Positions 37,454 to 48,545 of a DNA stretch of 52,909 nucleotides are shown piece after piece. The notes beneath the pieces were generated by a model that saw nothing but the letters and a program-made list of their open reading frames with translations, was not told where the DNA came from and did no database searches. Where the stretch lies: assembly GCA_020632925.1 (NCBI GenBank), contig JACKER010000007.1, forward strand, positions 1-52,909, read 5' to 3'. How positions within the stretch are numbered: the first letter of the stretch is position 1; every line of letters starts with the position of its first letter. Made by a program: the position numbers and the translations under genes. The DNA is from Alphaproteobacteria bacterium (GTDB lineage: Bacteria > Myxococcota_A > UBA796 > GCA-2862545).

Positions 37454-39220
37454 TCAGCGAGCGAGCGATGGGAACGGCCCGAAGTACCCGGTGAACGCTC
37501 GACGATCCTCGTCGGTGATCCCGTCGGGGACGGGCTGGTCCTTCGGCATCTCCGACCACGGGTGCTGCACGACGGTGGTCAGGTAGCCGTGACCGAGCAG
37601 ATCGGGGATCCAGTGGATGCCGGTGACCTCGCCGCCCGGGGGCGCGACCAGCAGCCGCTGCTTCGAGCCGTCGCGCACGTCGACCGCCCAGAGCACGGCG
37701 TTGACGTGCCCCTTGCCCCACTTGGTGTCCTCCGCGACCATGAGCAGGTGGTGGCCCGGGAGGAACGTCAGGTTGTCCGGGTTGGCGATGCCTCCGGTGT
37801 CGCACCCGTTGCCGAGGGCGTCGATCTCCGCGAGCGGCGTCCCCTTCGTCACAGTGCCCATCGAGCCGATCACGTGCTCGCTGGCGATGGGTGCGCCGGA
37901 CGTGTCCACGACGCCGGCCCCGCTGGTCCCGCCCCAGACCGCGCCGCAGCGGTTCTCCTCGAAGCGCAGCCCGTCCTGCGGAGCGTCGGGCTCGGCGAGC
38001 ATGCGCCCGCGGATCGTGGAGACGGAGAGGAAGACGGTGCCGCTGTCCGGATCGAACGTGATCCCCTCGGTCTTCTCGAGCTCGGTGGTCGCGCCCAGCA
38101 TCGCGGCGTAACGCCGGGACTCGAGCCGGGACGCGGCGAGCGCGGGGTCGGGGACACGCTCCGACGGCGCCGCCAGCTTCAGGCACTCCCGCCCGTAGCC
38201 GTGGTCCACGAACGTGAAGCCCTCGGCGCAGGTGTGGTCGGCGGCGGGCTCCGCGACCTCGAAGATCTCGGAGAACAGCGGCTTGCGCTCGACGAGCGCG
38301 GCGATCTCCGCCTGCGTCGCGTGCCCGAGGCTCACCCACTCCGTGCGGGCCCGCTCGCCCTCGGTCGTGAAGCGCGCGGCGTAGAGCGTGCCCGCGTCGA
38401 GCGCGCCCGCCTCGTCGGCCACGAACATGAACAGGCCCACGGCCGTGCCGTCGTCGGACTGGTAGACCGTGCGGCGGTCGGGCAGCACGTAGGACAGCTC
38501 GTGCGAGAACCGGCCCATCGCGTACCGCTTCGCGGGGACCGGCGTCCCCTGGTCGTCGATGGCGAGCTCGAGCGGCCAGCCGTAGCGGTAGGGAGAGCCC
38601 GCGGCGGGGTCGGTGAGGTAGCGCGAGAAGTCCTTCCACGCGCCGTACAGGTCGCGGGTCAGCGTGCCGTCCGGCCGCCACTGGCGGGCGTCGGGCTCGT
38701 ACTCCTCCGAGCCGAGGTGCGTGCCCCAGGGGCTGACCTGCCCCGAGCACGGGAACCACACGCCGCCCCAGGCGCTCCAGTCGACGGGGCGTGGCTCGCC
38801 GCCGGGGCTCAGCGCGCCGTCGGCGGCCTGGTCGAGCGGCGTCACCCAGATGGCGCCCGGCACGCACTCGAAGTGGCTCACCAGCCAGGGTTTGCCGCCG
38901 GCCACGATCAGGCTGTCGAAGTCCTGGTCCGAGCAGACCTCACCCAGATCGGCGCCCGTCTCCGAGAACATCTCGCCGAAGCCACCGTCGCCCGTGCGGA
39001 ACAGCGTGTGGTAGCTCACGTCGAGCTCGGTCCCGCCGAGCATGGCGCGGGTCGCCCACACCGGGGCGCGCAGGGTGAGCCCGTCCGCCGGGATCTCGAT
39101 GCCCGTCACCGCCAGCGGTGGTCCCGGATCGGCGGGCGCGGGGGGCTCCGGCGCGGGCGTCTCCGGCGGGGTGTGGGAGCCGCAGGCGGCGAGGGCGAGG
39201 GCGAGGGCGAGCGTCCGCAT
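37454..39220 (-). CDS. secreted lipoprotein, PhoX/DUF839-like (predicted phosphatase family); family assignment tentative
   Basis: Lipobox LALAACG. 588 aa, beta-propeller-like repeats. The family call rests on overall composition and size, not a verified signature. Confidence 0.5.
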   Translation of the reverse strand: MRTLALALALAACGSHTPPETPAPEPPAPADPGPPLAVTGIEIPADGLTLRAPVWATRAMLGGTELDVSYHTLFRTGDGGFGEMFSETGADLGEVCSDQDFDSLIVAGGKPWLVSHFECVPGAIWVTPLDQAADGALSPGGEPRPVDWSAWGGVWFPCSGQVSPWGTHLGSEEYEPDARQWRPDGTLTRDLYGAWKDFSRYLTDPAAGSPYRYGWPLELAIDDQGTPVPAKRYAMGRFSHELSYVLPDRRTVYQSDDGTAVGLFMFVADEAGALDAGTLYAARFTTEGERARTEWVSLGHATQAEIAALVERKPLFSEIFEVAEPAADHTCAEGFTFVDHGYGRECLKLAAPSERVPDPALAASRLESRRYAAMLGATTELEKTEGITFDPDSGTVFLSVSTIRGRMLAEPDAPQDGLRFEENRCGAVWGGTSGAGVVDTSGAPIASEHVIGSMGTVTKGTPLAEIDALGNGCDTGGIANPDNLTFLPGHHLLMVAEDTKWGKGHVNAVLWAVDVRDGSKQRLLVAPPGGEVTGIHWIPDLLGHGYLTTVVQHPWSEMPKDQPVPDGITDEDRRAFTGYFGPFPSLAR

Positions 39221-39239
39221 GGCGGCCTCCGCGGGCCCG

Positions 39240-40178
39240 CTATCGAGCCTCGTCGCCGCTGTCCCCCGCCGGGCAGGTCCAGTCGTAGGTCCAGGTCTCG
39301 AGCAGCGCGTCGATCCCCGCTTCGGTCCGGATCACCTCGGCCGACGCCTCGCGCCCGGGGACCAGCCAGGTCCAGGTGGTGGTGTAGATCGCGTCCGGCT
39401 CGTGGCAGACCTCGAGCACCACGTCGTCACCGTCGAACGTCCAGTCGCAGGACCAGTCGACGACCGCGACCCCGCCCAGGTCGAGGTGGACGAGGTGGTC
39501 GCCGTCCCAGACGCTGTTGCGGACGACCTCGGAGATCCCGTCGTCGTCCCAGTCCTCGGTCACGAAGAGCTCGTGGCCCTCCTCGTCGTGCTGCCGATAG
39601 GCGAACCAGATCGGCTCGCTGTTCCCGAAGACGCGCGCCTCCTCGACCGTCCAGCCGAAGGCCTCGTGGCTCCAGAGCTCGTCGTGCCGCTCCTCGATCG
39701 CGCCGTCGCCGCCCTCGTCCCAGATCCACTGGAGCAGGTGGCCGTCGGCGTCGTACTGGTAGGCCCCGTAGCCGAGCCAGGTCGTCTCACCGTCGACCTC
39801 GGCGTCGCGGTCGAAGCGCTGGAGCAGGCCGTCGGGGCGCCAGTCGTACCGCTCGTGGATCCAGGGGCCGTGCTCCCCCTCGAGCGACGTCCGGTACGAC
39901 ACGCTCTGCGCGTGCTCCTCGCCCCAGGTGTACTGCTCCTCCAGCCGCCAGCGGCCCTCGGAGTCCCACCAGGTCGTGTCGCCGAACAGCGGCCGCCCGA
40001 GGTCGTCCCACGTGCGCGTCGAGGTCAACAGCGGCGTCCCGTCCGCCTCGAGCCGTTCCTCCACCCGCTCGCAGCCGGCCCGGGGATCGATGGGCGCGAC
40101 CTCTTCCGGTGGAGCGCACGCGGCCAGGAGGATCAGCATCCGATCATCGTGCCATCGCGGTGGTCCCGGCGCCACCAT
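39240..40178 (-). CDS. hypothetical Trp/Asp-rich lipoprotein
   Basis: Lipobox LILLAACAPP and repeated W-x-D motifs. The start is either ATG 40178 or 40139. Confidence 0.45.
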   Translation of the reverse strand: MVAPGPPRWHDDRMLILLAACAPPEEVAPIDPRAGCERVEERLEADGTPLLTSTRTWDDLGRPLFGDTTWWDSEGRWRLEEQYTWGEEHAQSVSYRTSLEGEHGPWIHERYDWRPDGLLQRFDRDAEVDGETTWLGYGAYQYDADGHLLQWIWDEGGDGAIEERHDELWSHEAFGWTVEEARVFGNSEPIWFAYRQHDEEGHELFVTEDWDDDGISEVVRNSVWDGDHLVHLDLGGVAVVDWSCDWTFDGDDVVLEVCHEPDAIYTTTWTWLVPGREASAEVIRTEAGIDALLETWTYDWTCPAGDSGDEAR

Positions 40179-40199
40179 AGGCTGGTGTCGGAGCAGGTG

Positions 40200-41226
40200 A
40201 TGACCACCTTGTCGTGGAGCTGGACCCCCGCCGATCAGCAGGCATGGGCCACGGCCCGGAGCCGCAGACGCCGATGGCAGACCGCCGCGCTGGGTGCCCT
40301 CCAGCTCGCCGAGGTCGTGGCCTGGTGCGCTCGCGGCTCGCTCCCGATGGGCACGGTGGAGCTGCTCTGCCTCTGGCTGACCTGGCACTGGTGGAAGGCG
40401 CTGCGGCGCTCCGCGATCCCGATCGACCAGCGCACCGTGCCCGCGACGCTCGAGATCCTGCCGGACAGGGTCCGCTACCGCTACGCGTCGCTGGTGTCCG
40501 AACGCGGCCGTTGCCGCCTGGTGGACGGCGTGCTGACGAGCGACGTCGCCGAGCTCGTGGTGCCGGATCGCGCCGTGCCTCCGGGCGTGGACCTGGCCGC
40601 GCTGCTCGCCGCCCTCCCCGAGGTGCTGCCGCCATCGGACGTGGGAGGGGAGCAGACGTTCCGCTTCGAGCTGACGGATCGTTCGGTCGTCGACCACGCC
40701 GAGTCCTGGGAGCCCTCGTCGATGTCCGGCGCCTGGTTCGTCGCGGCCCTGGTGGCGGCGACCTTCGCGGGTGCCGTGGGCCTGCTGGCGCCCGACCCGC
40801 TCGGGATGGCGCTCGCCTGGGTGACGGGCGGCGCGCTCGGCCTGCTCGCCATCGGATCCGCGTTGGAGCGGTGGGTCGCGCCCGAGCGCTGGGTGCGTCG
40901 GCGCCTCGTGCCGCGACTCCACGAGGCCTCGCCGCTGATGTTCGGCGAGTGGGAGGTGGGCTTCGGGCAGGACGGGTTCTCGTGGCGCAACCCCCGCGGG
41001 TCGAGCGCGATCGGATGGGAGGACGTGGCAGGCCTTCAGGTCGGAGGCCCGTTCGTGGGGGTGGTGTTCCGGTGGGGGACGCACGTCGCCATCCCGGCCG
41101 AGGTGATCGACGAGGAGACGCTGCAGTGGATCGACGCGTGGTGGGCGGCGGCCCAGGACGCACCCGAGCCCGCCACACCGTCCGATCCTCCCGACCCCTC
41201 GGACCTCGAGAACCCGTTCGCCGGTC

Positions 41227-41237
<11 letters not shown>
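40200..41237 (+). CDS. hypothetical membrane protein (345 aa)
   Basis: ATG at 40200, in frame inside track ORF 39042..41237. It has two TM helices (FVAALVAATFAGAVGLL; ALAWVTGGALGLLAIGSAL) and is divergent from the upstream lipoprotein gene. Confidence 0.45.
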
Positions 41238-42621
<1,384 letters not shown>

Positions 42622-42713
42622 CGGCCGGTCCTCCTGTGGCGGGGGCGAGGATAGGCACGGCCACGCCGCCGGGCCAGCGGACGCGGAGTCTCGTTTCGTC
42701 TACCATCGTCTCG

Positions 42714-43898
42714 ATGGACGACCGCCAGACCTTCCTGCCGCCGGCGTTGGCCCGACTGGTGGAGACCCAGTCGAGCGCCACCGACCTGGCCGCCGAGATC
42801 GCGGCGCACCTGGCCCGCGGCCGCCTGCGCGTCACCCTGGGCCTCGGGCACGAGGCGGACGTCCCGCTGCTGCCAGAGGAGCTCGTGGCCATCGAGCCCT
42901 CCCTGCGCGAGCGCGCCATGGTCGTGGCGGCGATCCGCGTGGACCACGAGGGGTACGCGGTGGAGCGTCCAGCGACCAACTTCGGGGTCTACGTCCGCCG
43001 CGACACCGTGTGGCGGAGCGTGCCCCAGGCGGGCGAGCTGCGCGGCCTGCAGCCGGGCGACGAGATCGGGCTCGGATCCACGCCCGCCGAGGCCGTGAAG
43101 CTGACGCTGCCCCACGGTCCCTGGATCGCGACCACCGCCTACCGCAGCGCTCGACACCGCGTGATCGACCAGTCGAGGCCTGCGTCTGCGGCCATGCCAC
43201 CCACCTCCGATCCCGTCGGGTCCGGGGCCCAGGCACAGGCCCCGCGCCTGCGCTGGCCCTCCGCGATGCCGCTGACCCCGCCGGGCGCCGATCGACGTCG
43301 GACGCCGCCCACGCTCAAGCCCCGCAGCCAGCGGCAAGGTCCGGATCGGCGCTACGAGGCGCGCTTCGCCCTCGCGCTGCAGCACTGGCGGTACGCGATG
43401 ATCACCTTCGGCGGCGATCCGAGGGCGGTGCTGTACCTGGAGGACCCGGCGCTGGCGCGGCTCCGCGCGGCGATCGGGCGCAACGTGGACGCGCCGGACC
43501 GGGGGTACGAGCTGTTCGTGAAGGACCCGACGCCCGACCTGTGGCTCTCGGGGCCCGGCGAGGAGCCGCGCCAGCTCTCCCGGGGGCAGGCGATCCGCAT
43601 CCGCGGTGGCGGCCACACCATCGGCTTCGGCGCCTTCGCGGTGACGCTGCCCGAGCCCGCGGAGGTGACGCCGCGCTTCGGGCCCGGACACCTTCCCACG
43701 ACCGCCGACGTCGCCGCCGTGCTCGAGCTGTCCGTGCTGGAGCTGCGCGACGAGGACCGCGTGAAGACGCGCTACCGCGAGCTCGCCCGCCGCTTCCACC
43801 CGGACCGCACCGCCAACGACCCCGGACCGACCTCTCGATTCGTCGAGCTCCAGCAGGCCTTCGAGGCCTGGAAGAGCGGGTTACCGGGAGCCTCGTGA
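42714..43898 (+). CDS. J-domain (DnaJ-like) protein with an FHA-like region
   Basis: C-terminal YRELARRFHPDR (HPD motif). The ATG at 42714 avoids overlap with degP. Confidence 0.65.
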   Translation: MDDRQTFLPPALARLVETQSSATDLAAEIAAHLARGRLRVTLGLGHEADVPLLPEELVAIEPSLRERAMVVAAIRVDHEGYAVERPATNFGVYVRRDTVWRSVPQAGELRGLQPGDEIGLGSTPAEAVKLTLPHGPWIATTAYRSARHRVIDQSRPASAAMPPTSDPVGSGAQAQAPRLRWPSAMPLTPPGADRRRTPPTLKPRSQRQGPDRRYEARFALALQHWRYAMITFGGDPRAVLYLEDPALARLRAAIGRNVDAPDRGYELFVKDPTPDLWLSGPGEEPRQLSRGQAIRIRGGGHTIGFGAFAVTLPEPAEVTPRFGPGHLPTTADVAAVLELSVLELRDEDRVKTRYRELARRFHPDRTANDPGPTSRFVELQQAFEAWKSGLPGAS

Positions 43899-45742
43899 AC
43901 CTGCTGTTCCCCGCGGGGCTGGCGCTGGGCTCGCTCGCCGTGCCCCTCGTCGCCCTGTACTTCCTGAAGCTGCGGCGGCGACGGGTGGTCGTGCCCTCCC
44001 TGCTCCCGTGGCAGGCGCTCCGGCGGAACGAGCAGCTGATGAGCCCGTTCCAGAAGTTCCGGCGCCACCTGCTGATGCTGGTCCAGCTGCTGCTCCTGGC
44101 GCTCCTGGTGCTGGCCTTCGCCCGGCCCTTCCTCGAGGGGGGCAGCAGCGACGCGCGCTCGCTCGTCGTGATCGTCGACACCACGGCGTCGATGGGGGCG
44201 ACGGATCGGTCGCCGAACCGCTTCGAGGAGGCCCGTGGGCGGGCGCGGCGCATCGTGGACGGGCTGTCGCCGAGCGACGAGGCGATGGTGGTGGCGGCGG
44301 GTGCGAGCACCGAGGTCGTCGTGCCGTTCACGCGCGACCGCTCCCCGCTGCTGGCGGGCCTGGACGGGCTCGAGCTCTCGGAGGCCGAGGGTGGGCTCGA
44401 GGACGCGCTCTCGCTGGCGTCGAGCCTGGCGCGCAGCCGTCCCGCCCTCGAGGTGGTGGTGCTGTCGGACGGCGGCGGGCGCGACCTGTCCTCGGTCCCG
44501 GTCACGGCCTCCAAGGTCCGGTTCGAGCCCATCGGCGAGAGCGCCGACAACGCGGGCATCGTCGCCCTCGATCTGCGCCGCTCCCCGAGCTCGGAGCTCG
44601 CCCGTCAGCTCTTCGTCACCGCCCGGTGGTTCGGCGACCAGCCCACGAGCGGGACGGTCTCGGTGCGCGTGGGGGCGGAGCTCGTCGGGCTGCGCAACGT
44701 CTCGCTGACGCCCGAGGAGCCGGTGTCGCTGGTGTTCGATCTCGACGGATCGAGCACCGGCGCGCTCGAGGTCACGCTCGAGGCGAAGGGTGACCAGCTC
44801 CCGGTGGACGATCGGGCCTTCGCGGTGCTGTCGCCGCTCGGGGCGCGCGAGGTGCTGTTGGTCGGCGCCGATCCGCTGGTGGCGAAGATCCTGGCCGCGG
44901 ACCCGCGGGTGCACGCCACCGTCGTCTCCCCCGGGCAGACCACGCCCGAGCTGCTGGCCGGCGCGGACTGCGTGCTGTTCGCGGGCGCCGTGCCCGACGG
45001 CGTCGACGGCCTGGACTACGCCGTGCTCGGGCCGTACCCGGGCTCGCCCGTGCGCTTCGGCGACGAGGTGGCGCACCCGCGCATCGTGGGCTGGCAGCGC
45101 TCGCACCCGATCCTCCGGTACGCCCGCATGGACGACCTGTACGTGGTGAAGAGCCGCGCGGTGGTCGACGGGGGCGGCCTCGCGCCGGTCGTGGACGGTG
45201 ACGGCGGCCCGCTGGTGCTGGCGGGGACGCGCCGCGGCGGCCGCGTGGTGCAGCTTGCGTTCGACCCGGTGGCGTCGGACCTGCCGATGCGCGTGGCCTG
45301 GCCGCTGCTGGTGCTGGACACGGTCGGCTGGCTCACGGAGGGGACGCCGGGCAGCGGCGAGTCGTCCGGCATCAAGACGGGCACGCCGGTCGTGCGCCAG
45401 CTCCCCGAGGGGCACACCGAGGCCGTCGTCCGCTCGCCCGCCGGGCGGGTGACGGTGCAGGCCGCCGACGGCACGCTGCGATTCTCGGACACCGATCGGG
45501 TGGGGCTGTACGAGATCGACGCCGGCTCGGCGCACACCTCCTTCGCGGCCAACCTGCTCTCCGAGTCCGAGTCGCGCATCCGTCCGCGAACGACGCTGGG
45601 GCTCCGCACGCGGGAGGGCGCCGACGTGGCGACCGCCGCCATCGGGTCGGGCCGTCGCGAGCTGTGGCGCCCGTTCCTGCTCGCCGCGCTCGTCGTCCTC
45701 GTCGCCGAGTGGCTGCTGTGGAACCGCCGGAGGGTGGCGTGA
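43895..45742 (+). CDS. BatA-like aerotolerance-family protein (N-terminal TM + VWA domain)
   Basis: GTG start overlapping the upstream stop (GTGA). N-terminal NLLFPAGLALGSLAVPLVALYFLKLRRRR (BatA_N-like), then a VWA MIDAS motif (VIVDTTASMGA). Confidence 0.7.
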   Translation: MNLLFPAGLALGSLAVPLVALYFLKLRRRRVVVPSLLPWQALRRNEQLMSPFQKFRRHLLMLVQLLLLALLVLAFARPFLEGGSSDARSLVVIVDTTASMGATDRSPNRFEEARGRARRIVDGLSPSDEAMVVAAGASTEVVVPFTRDRSPLLAGLDGLELSEAEGGLEDALSLASSLARSRPALEVVVLSDGGGRDLSSVPVTASKVRFEPIGESADNAGIVALDLRRSPSSELARQLFVTARWFGDQPTSGTVSVRVGAELVGLRNVSLTPEEPVSLVFDLDGSSTGALEVTLEAKGDQLPVDDRAFAVLSPLGAREVLLVGADPLVAKILAADPRVHATVVSPGQTTPELLAGADCVLFAGAVPDGVDGLDYAVLGPYPGSPVRFGDEVAHPRIVGWQRSHPILRYARMDDLYVVKSRAVVDGGGLAPVVDGDGGPLVLAGTRRGGRVVQLAFDPVASDLPMRVAWPLLVLDTVGWLTEGTPGSGESSGIKTGTPVVRQLPEGHTEAVVRSPAGRVTVQAADGTLRFSDTDRVGLYEIDAGSAHTSFAANLLSESESRIRPRTTLGLRTREGADVATAAIGSGRRELWRPFLLAALVVLVAEWLLWNRRRVA

Positions 45743-48543
45743 GCCTGTCCTTCGCGCGCCCCGAGTGGCTGTGGCTGTTGCTGGTGGTGCCGGTCGTGCT
45801 GGCGATGGCGCGCGGCTCGAAGCGCCCCCTCGCGCGACGGCGCTGGTGGCTCGTGCTGCTGCTGCGCGGGTTGGTCGTGGCCTCGCTCGTGCTGGCGCTG
45901 GCCGAGCCCGAGATCCGCCGCCAGGTCGACGATCTCGCGGTGCTCTTCGTGGTGGACGGCTCGGCCTCCGTCGGGTCGCCCGGCCAACAGCAGGCGCTGG
46001 ACTACGTGCAGGAGGCCCTGCGCAGCGCGGGCTCGCACGATCAGGCGGGGGTGGTGCTGTTCGGCGCGGACGCCGTGATCGAGCAGGCGCCCCGCGAGCG
46101 GCTGGAGGTCAACGCGTTCGAGAGCCGCCCGTCGCCGCACCAGACGGACATCGGCGCCGGGCTGCGGCTCGGGGCGGCGTTGCTCCCCGCGGACCGGACG
46201 CGGCGCGTCGTGCTGCTGACGGACGGCGAGCAGACGCGGGGGGACGCCGCCGAGCAGGCGCTCCTGGTGCGCGACCAGGACCTCGAGCTGCTCGTGGTGG
46301 CGCTCGAGGGGCACGATCAGCCCGAGGTATTGCTCGAGGACCTCCTCGCGCCGCCGCGCGTCGAGATCGGCGCGACCTACGACCTCAAGGTGGTGGCGCG
46401 GTCCGACGAGGACGTGACGGGCACGCTCCGCCTGTACGAGAACGACCGGTACCTCGGCGAGCAGCGCGTCGAGCTGGAGGCGGGTCGCTCGCGGGTGGTG
46501 ACGCTGCCGCGCGAGGCGAAGGAGCCCGGACTGTACCGGTTCCGCGCGCAGCTCGAGGTCGACCCGGCCCACGACGGGCGGCCGGAGAACAACCAGGTGG
46601 TGGCGACGGTCCAGGTGGCCGGGCGTCCCCGCGTGCTGCTCGTGGACCGCACGCCCGAGACCGCGGGCCCGCTCGTGTCCGCGCTGCGTGCCGAGGGCCT
46701 CGAGGTGGACGTGGTCTCGGCGGGCGGGCTGCCCGTGGACCTGGCCGGTCAGCGACGGTACGACGCCATCCTGCTGTCCGACATCGCCTCGTACAAGGTG
46801 CCGATGGCGGCCCAGGAGGCGCTCGAGAGCTACGTCCGCGACCTCGGGCGGGGCCTCGTCATGATCGGCGGCGACGAGAGCTTCGGCGTCGGCGGCTGGT
46901 ACCAGTCCCCCGTCGAGCGCGCCCTGCCGGTACGGACCGATCTCACGGACAAGACCCGCTTCCCGCAGCTCGGGATGGTGCTCGCGCTCGACAAGAGCTG
47001 CTCGATGGGCGGCGGCGCGGGCAGCAAGCTCGGGATGGCCAAGGAGGCGGCGATCCGGACGGCCGAGCTGCTCTCCGACCGCGACTACATGGGGCTCGTG
47101 ACCTTCGACGGCGCCGCGAGCTGGGTCACGCCGCTGGCCAAGCTCGAGGGGCGACGGCTCCAGGTCCGGTCGGACATCGCCTCCATCCGCTCGGGGGGCG
47201 GCACCGACGTCTACCCGGCGGTCGACGCCGCGGTGAACGCGCTCGCGAAGACCGACGCGGCCGTGCGGCACATCGTGCTCATCAGCGACGGCATCACCGG
47301 CGGCGGCGACTACCAGCGGCTCATCGGCGGCGCGAACAAGAACGAGCACGTGACGCTCACGGCCGTGGCCACGGGCACCGACGCCGACACGCAGACGATG
47401 CGGAACTTCGCCACCTGGGGCGGCGGCAACTACTACCTCGTGACCGACAAGACGCAGATCCCCGCGATCTTCACGCGGGAGGCCATGCTCGCGACGCGGA
47501 GCTTCCTCGTGGAGGATCCGTTCACGCCCGCCCTCTCGATGCCGTCCGAGCTGACGCGCGGCCTGTCGGCGCACGGGATGCCGGAGCTGAAGGGCTACGT
47601 GGCGACCGAGGCCAAGCCCCGGTCCGTCGTGGCGATGGTGGTCCCGGGCGAGGAACACACGGACCCGTTGCTCGCGCACGGCCGCTACGGCCTCGGCCGG
47701 TCCGTCGCGTGGACGTCGGACGCGAAGGGCCGCTGGGCGAAGGAGTTCGTCGGGACCGCCGGGTACACCCAGCTCTGGCGCCAGATCGGGCGTTGGGTCG
47801 CGTCGGGGGGCGACGCCGGCGACCTGGACGTGCAGGCGGAGATCCGCGAGGGCGAGCTGCGGCTGTCGGTCGACGCGCTCACGCCCACCGGCGGGTTCCG
47901 CAACTTCCTGCACGGCGAGGCGCGCGTCGTGGCCCCGGACCTCACCGTCCACACCATCGGCCTCGCGCAGGTCGGGCCCGGTCGGTACGAGGCCTCGCTC
48001 CCCGTCGACCAGGACGGCAGCTGGATCGCCGGCGTCCAGCTCTCGGAGGGCGACAACGTCGTCGGGCAGGCGGTCGCCGAGGCGGTGCAGCCCTACTCCC
48101 CGGAGTTCCGCCGCAAGGGCGCCGGTCGCGCGCTGCTGCAGGAGCTGTCGCGCGTCGGGCGGGCCTCGGCGCTCACGGAGCCCGCGCTCGCGTTCGCCCG
48201 ACCGCAGGTGCCGCGCGAGGTGCCCCGCCCGCTGTGGCCCGCGCTCATGGCGCTCACGGCCTTCCTGCTGTTGCTCGACATCGCCGCCCGCCGGCTCGAC
48301 GTGCGGCCCGACCCCAAGGCCACGACGACCCGGCTCACGGAGGGTGCCCCCGACGCCTCCGACCGCTGGGCCCGCGCGCGCCCCACCGACGACGCCCCGC
48401 GCGGACCTCGCGATCCGGGCGGACCCCCCGGCGACCAGGGCCCGGACGACGAGCCCCCCGCACCGCCGACGGCCCAGGTGGACCCCGAGAGCTACGCCGG
48501 GCGCCTGCTCGAGGCCCGCCGGCAGGCGCGGAAGAAGATGTAG
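45739..48543 (+). CDS. BatB-like multi-VWA-domain membrane protein (934 aa)
   Basis: GTG start overlapping the batA-like stop. N-terminal TM segments, two VWA MIDAS motifs (VVDGSASVG; ALDKSCSMGG), and a C-terminal TM helix. Confidence 0.7.
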   Translation: MSLSFARPEWLWLLLVVPVVLAMARGSKRPLARRRWWLVLLLRGLVVASLVLALAEPEIRRQVDDLAVLFVVDGSASVGSPGQQQALDYVQEALRSAGSHDQAGVVLFGADAVIEQAPRERLEVNAFESRPSPHQTDIGAGLRLGAALLPADRTRRVVLLTDGEQTRGDAAEQALLVRDQDLELLVVALEGHDQPEVLLEDLLAPPRVEIGATYDLKVVARSDEDVTGTLRLYENDRYLGEQRVELEAGRSRVVTLPREAKEPGLYRFRAQLEVDPAHDGRPENNQVVATVQVAGRPRVLLVDRTPETAGPLVSALRAEGLEVDVVSAGGLPVDLAGQRRYDAILLSDIASYKVPMAAQEALESYVRDLGRGLVMIGGDESFGVGGWYQSPVERALPVRTDLTDKTRFPQLGMVLALDKSCSMGGGAGSKLGMAKEAAIRTAELLSDRDYMGLVTFDGAASWVTPLAKLEGRRLQVRSDIASIRSGGGTDVYPAVDAAVNALAKTDAAVRHIVLISDGITGGGDYQRLIGGANKNEHVTLTAVATGTDADTQTMRNFATWGGGNYYLVTDKTQIPAIFTREAMLATRSFLVEDPFTPALSMPSELTRGLSAHGMPELKGYVATEAKPRSVVAMVVPGEEHTDPLLAHGRYGLGRSVAWTSDAKGRWAKEFVGTAGYTQLWRQIGRWVASGGDAGDLDVQAEIREGELRLSVDALTPTGGFRNFLHGEARVVAPDLTVHTIGLAQVGPGRYEASLPVDQDGSWIAGVQLSEGDNVVGQAVAEAVQPYSPEFRRKGAGRALLQELSRVGRASALTEPALAFARPQVPREVPRPLWPALMALTAFLLLLDIAARRLDVRPDPKATTTRLTEGAPDASDRWARARPTDDAPRGPRDPGGPPGDQGPDDEPPAPPTAQVDPESYAGRLLEARRQARKKM

Positions 48544-48545
48544 GC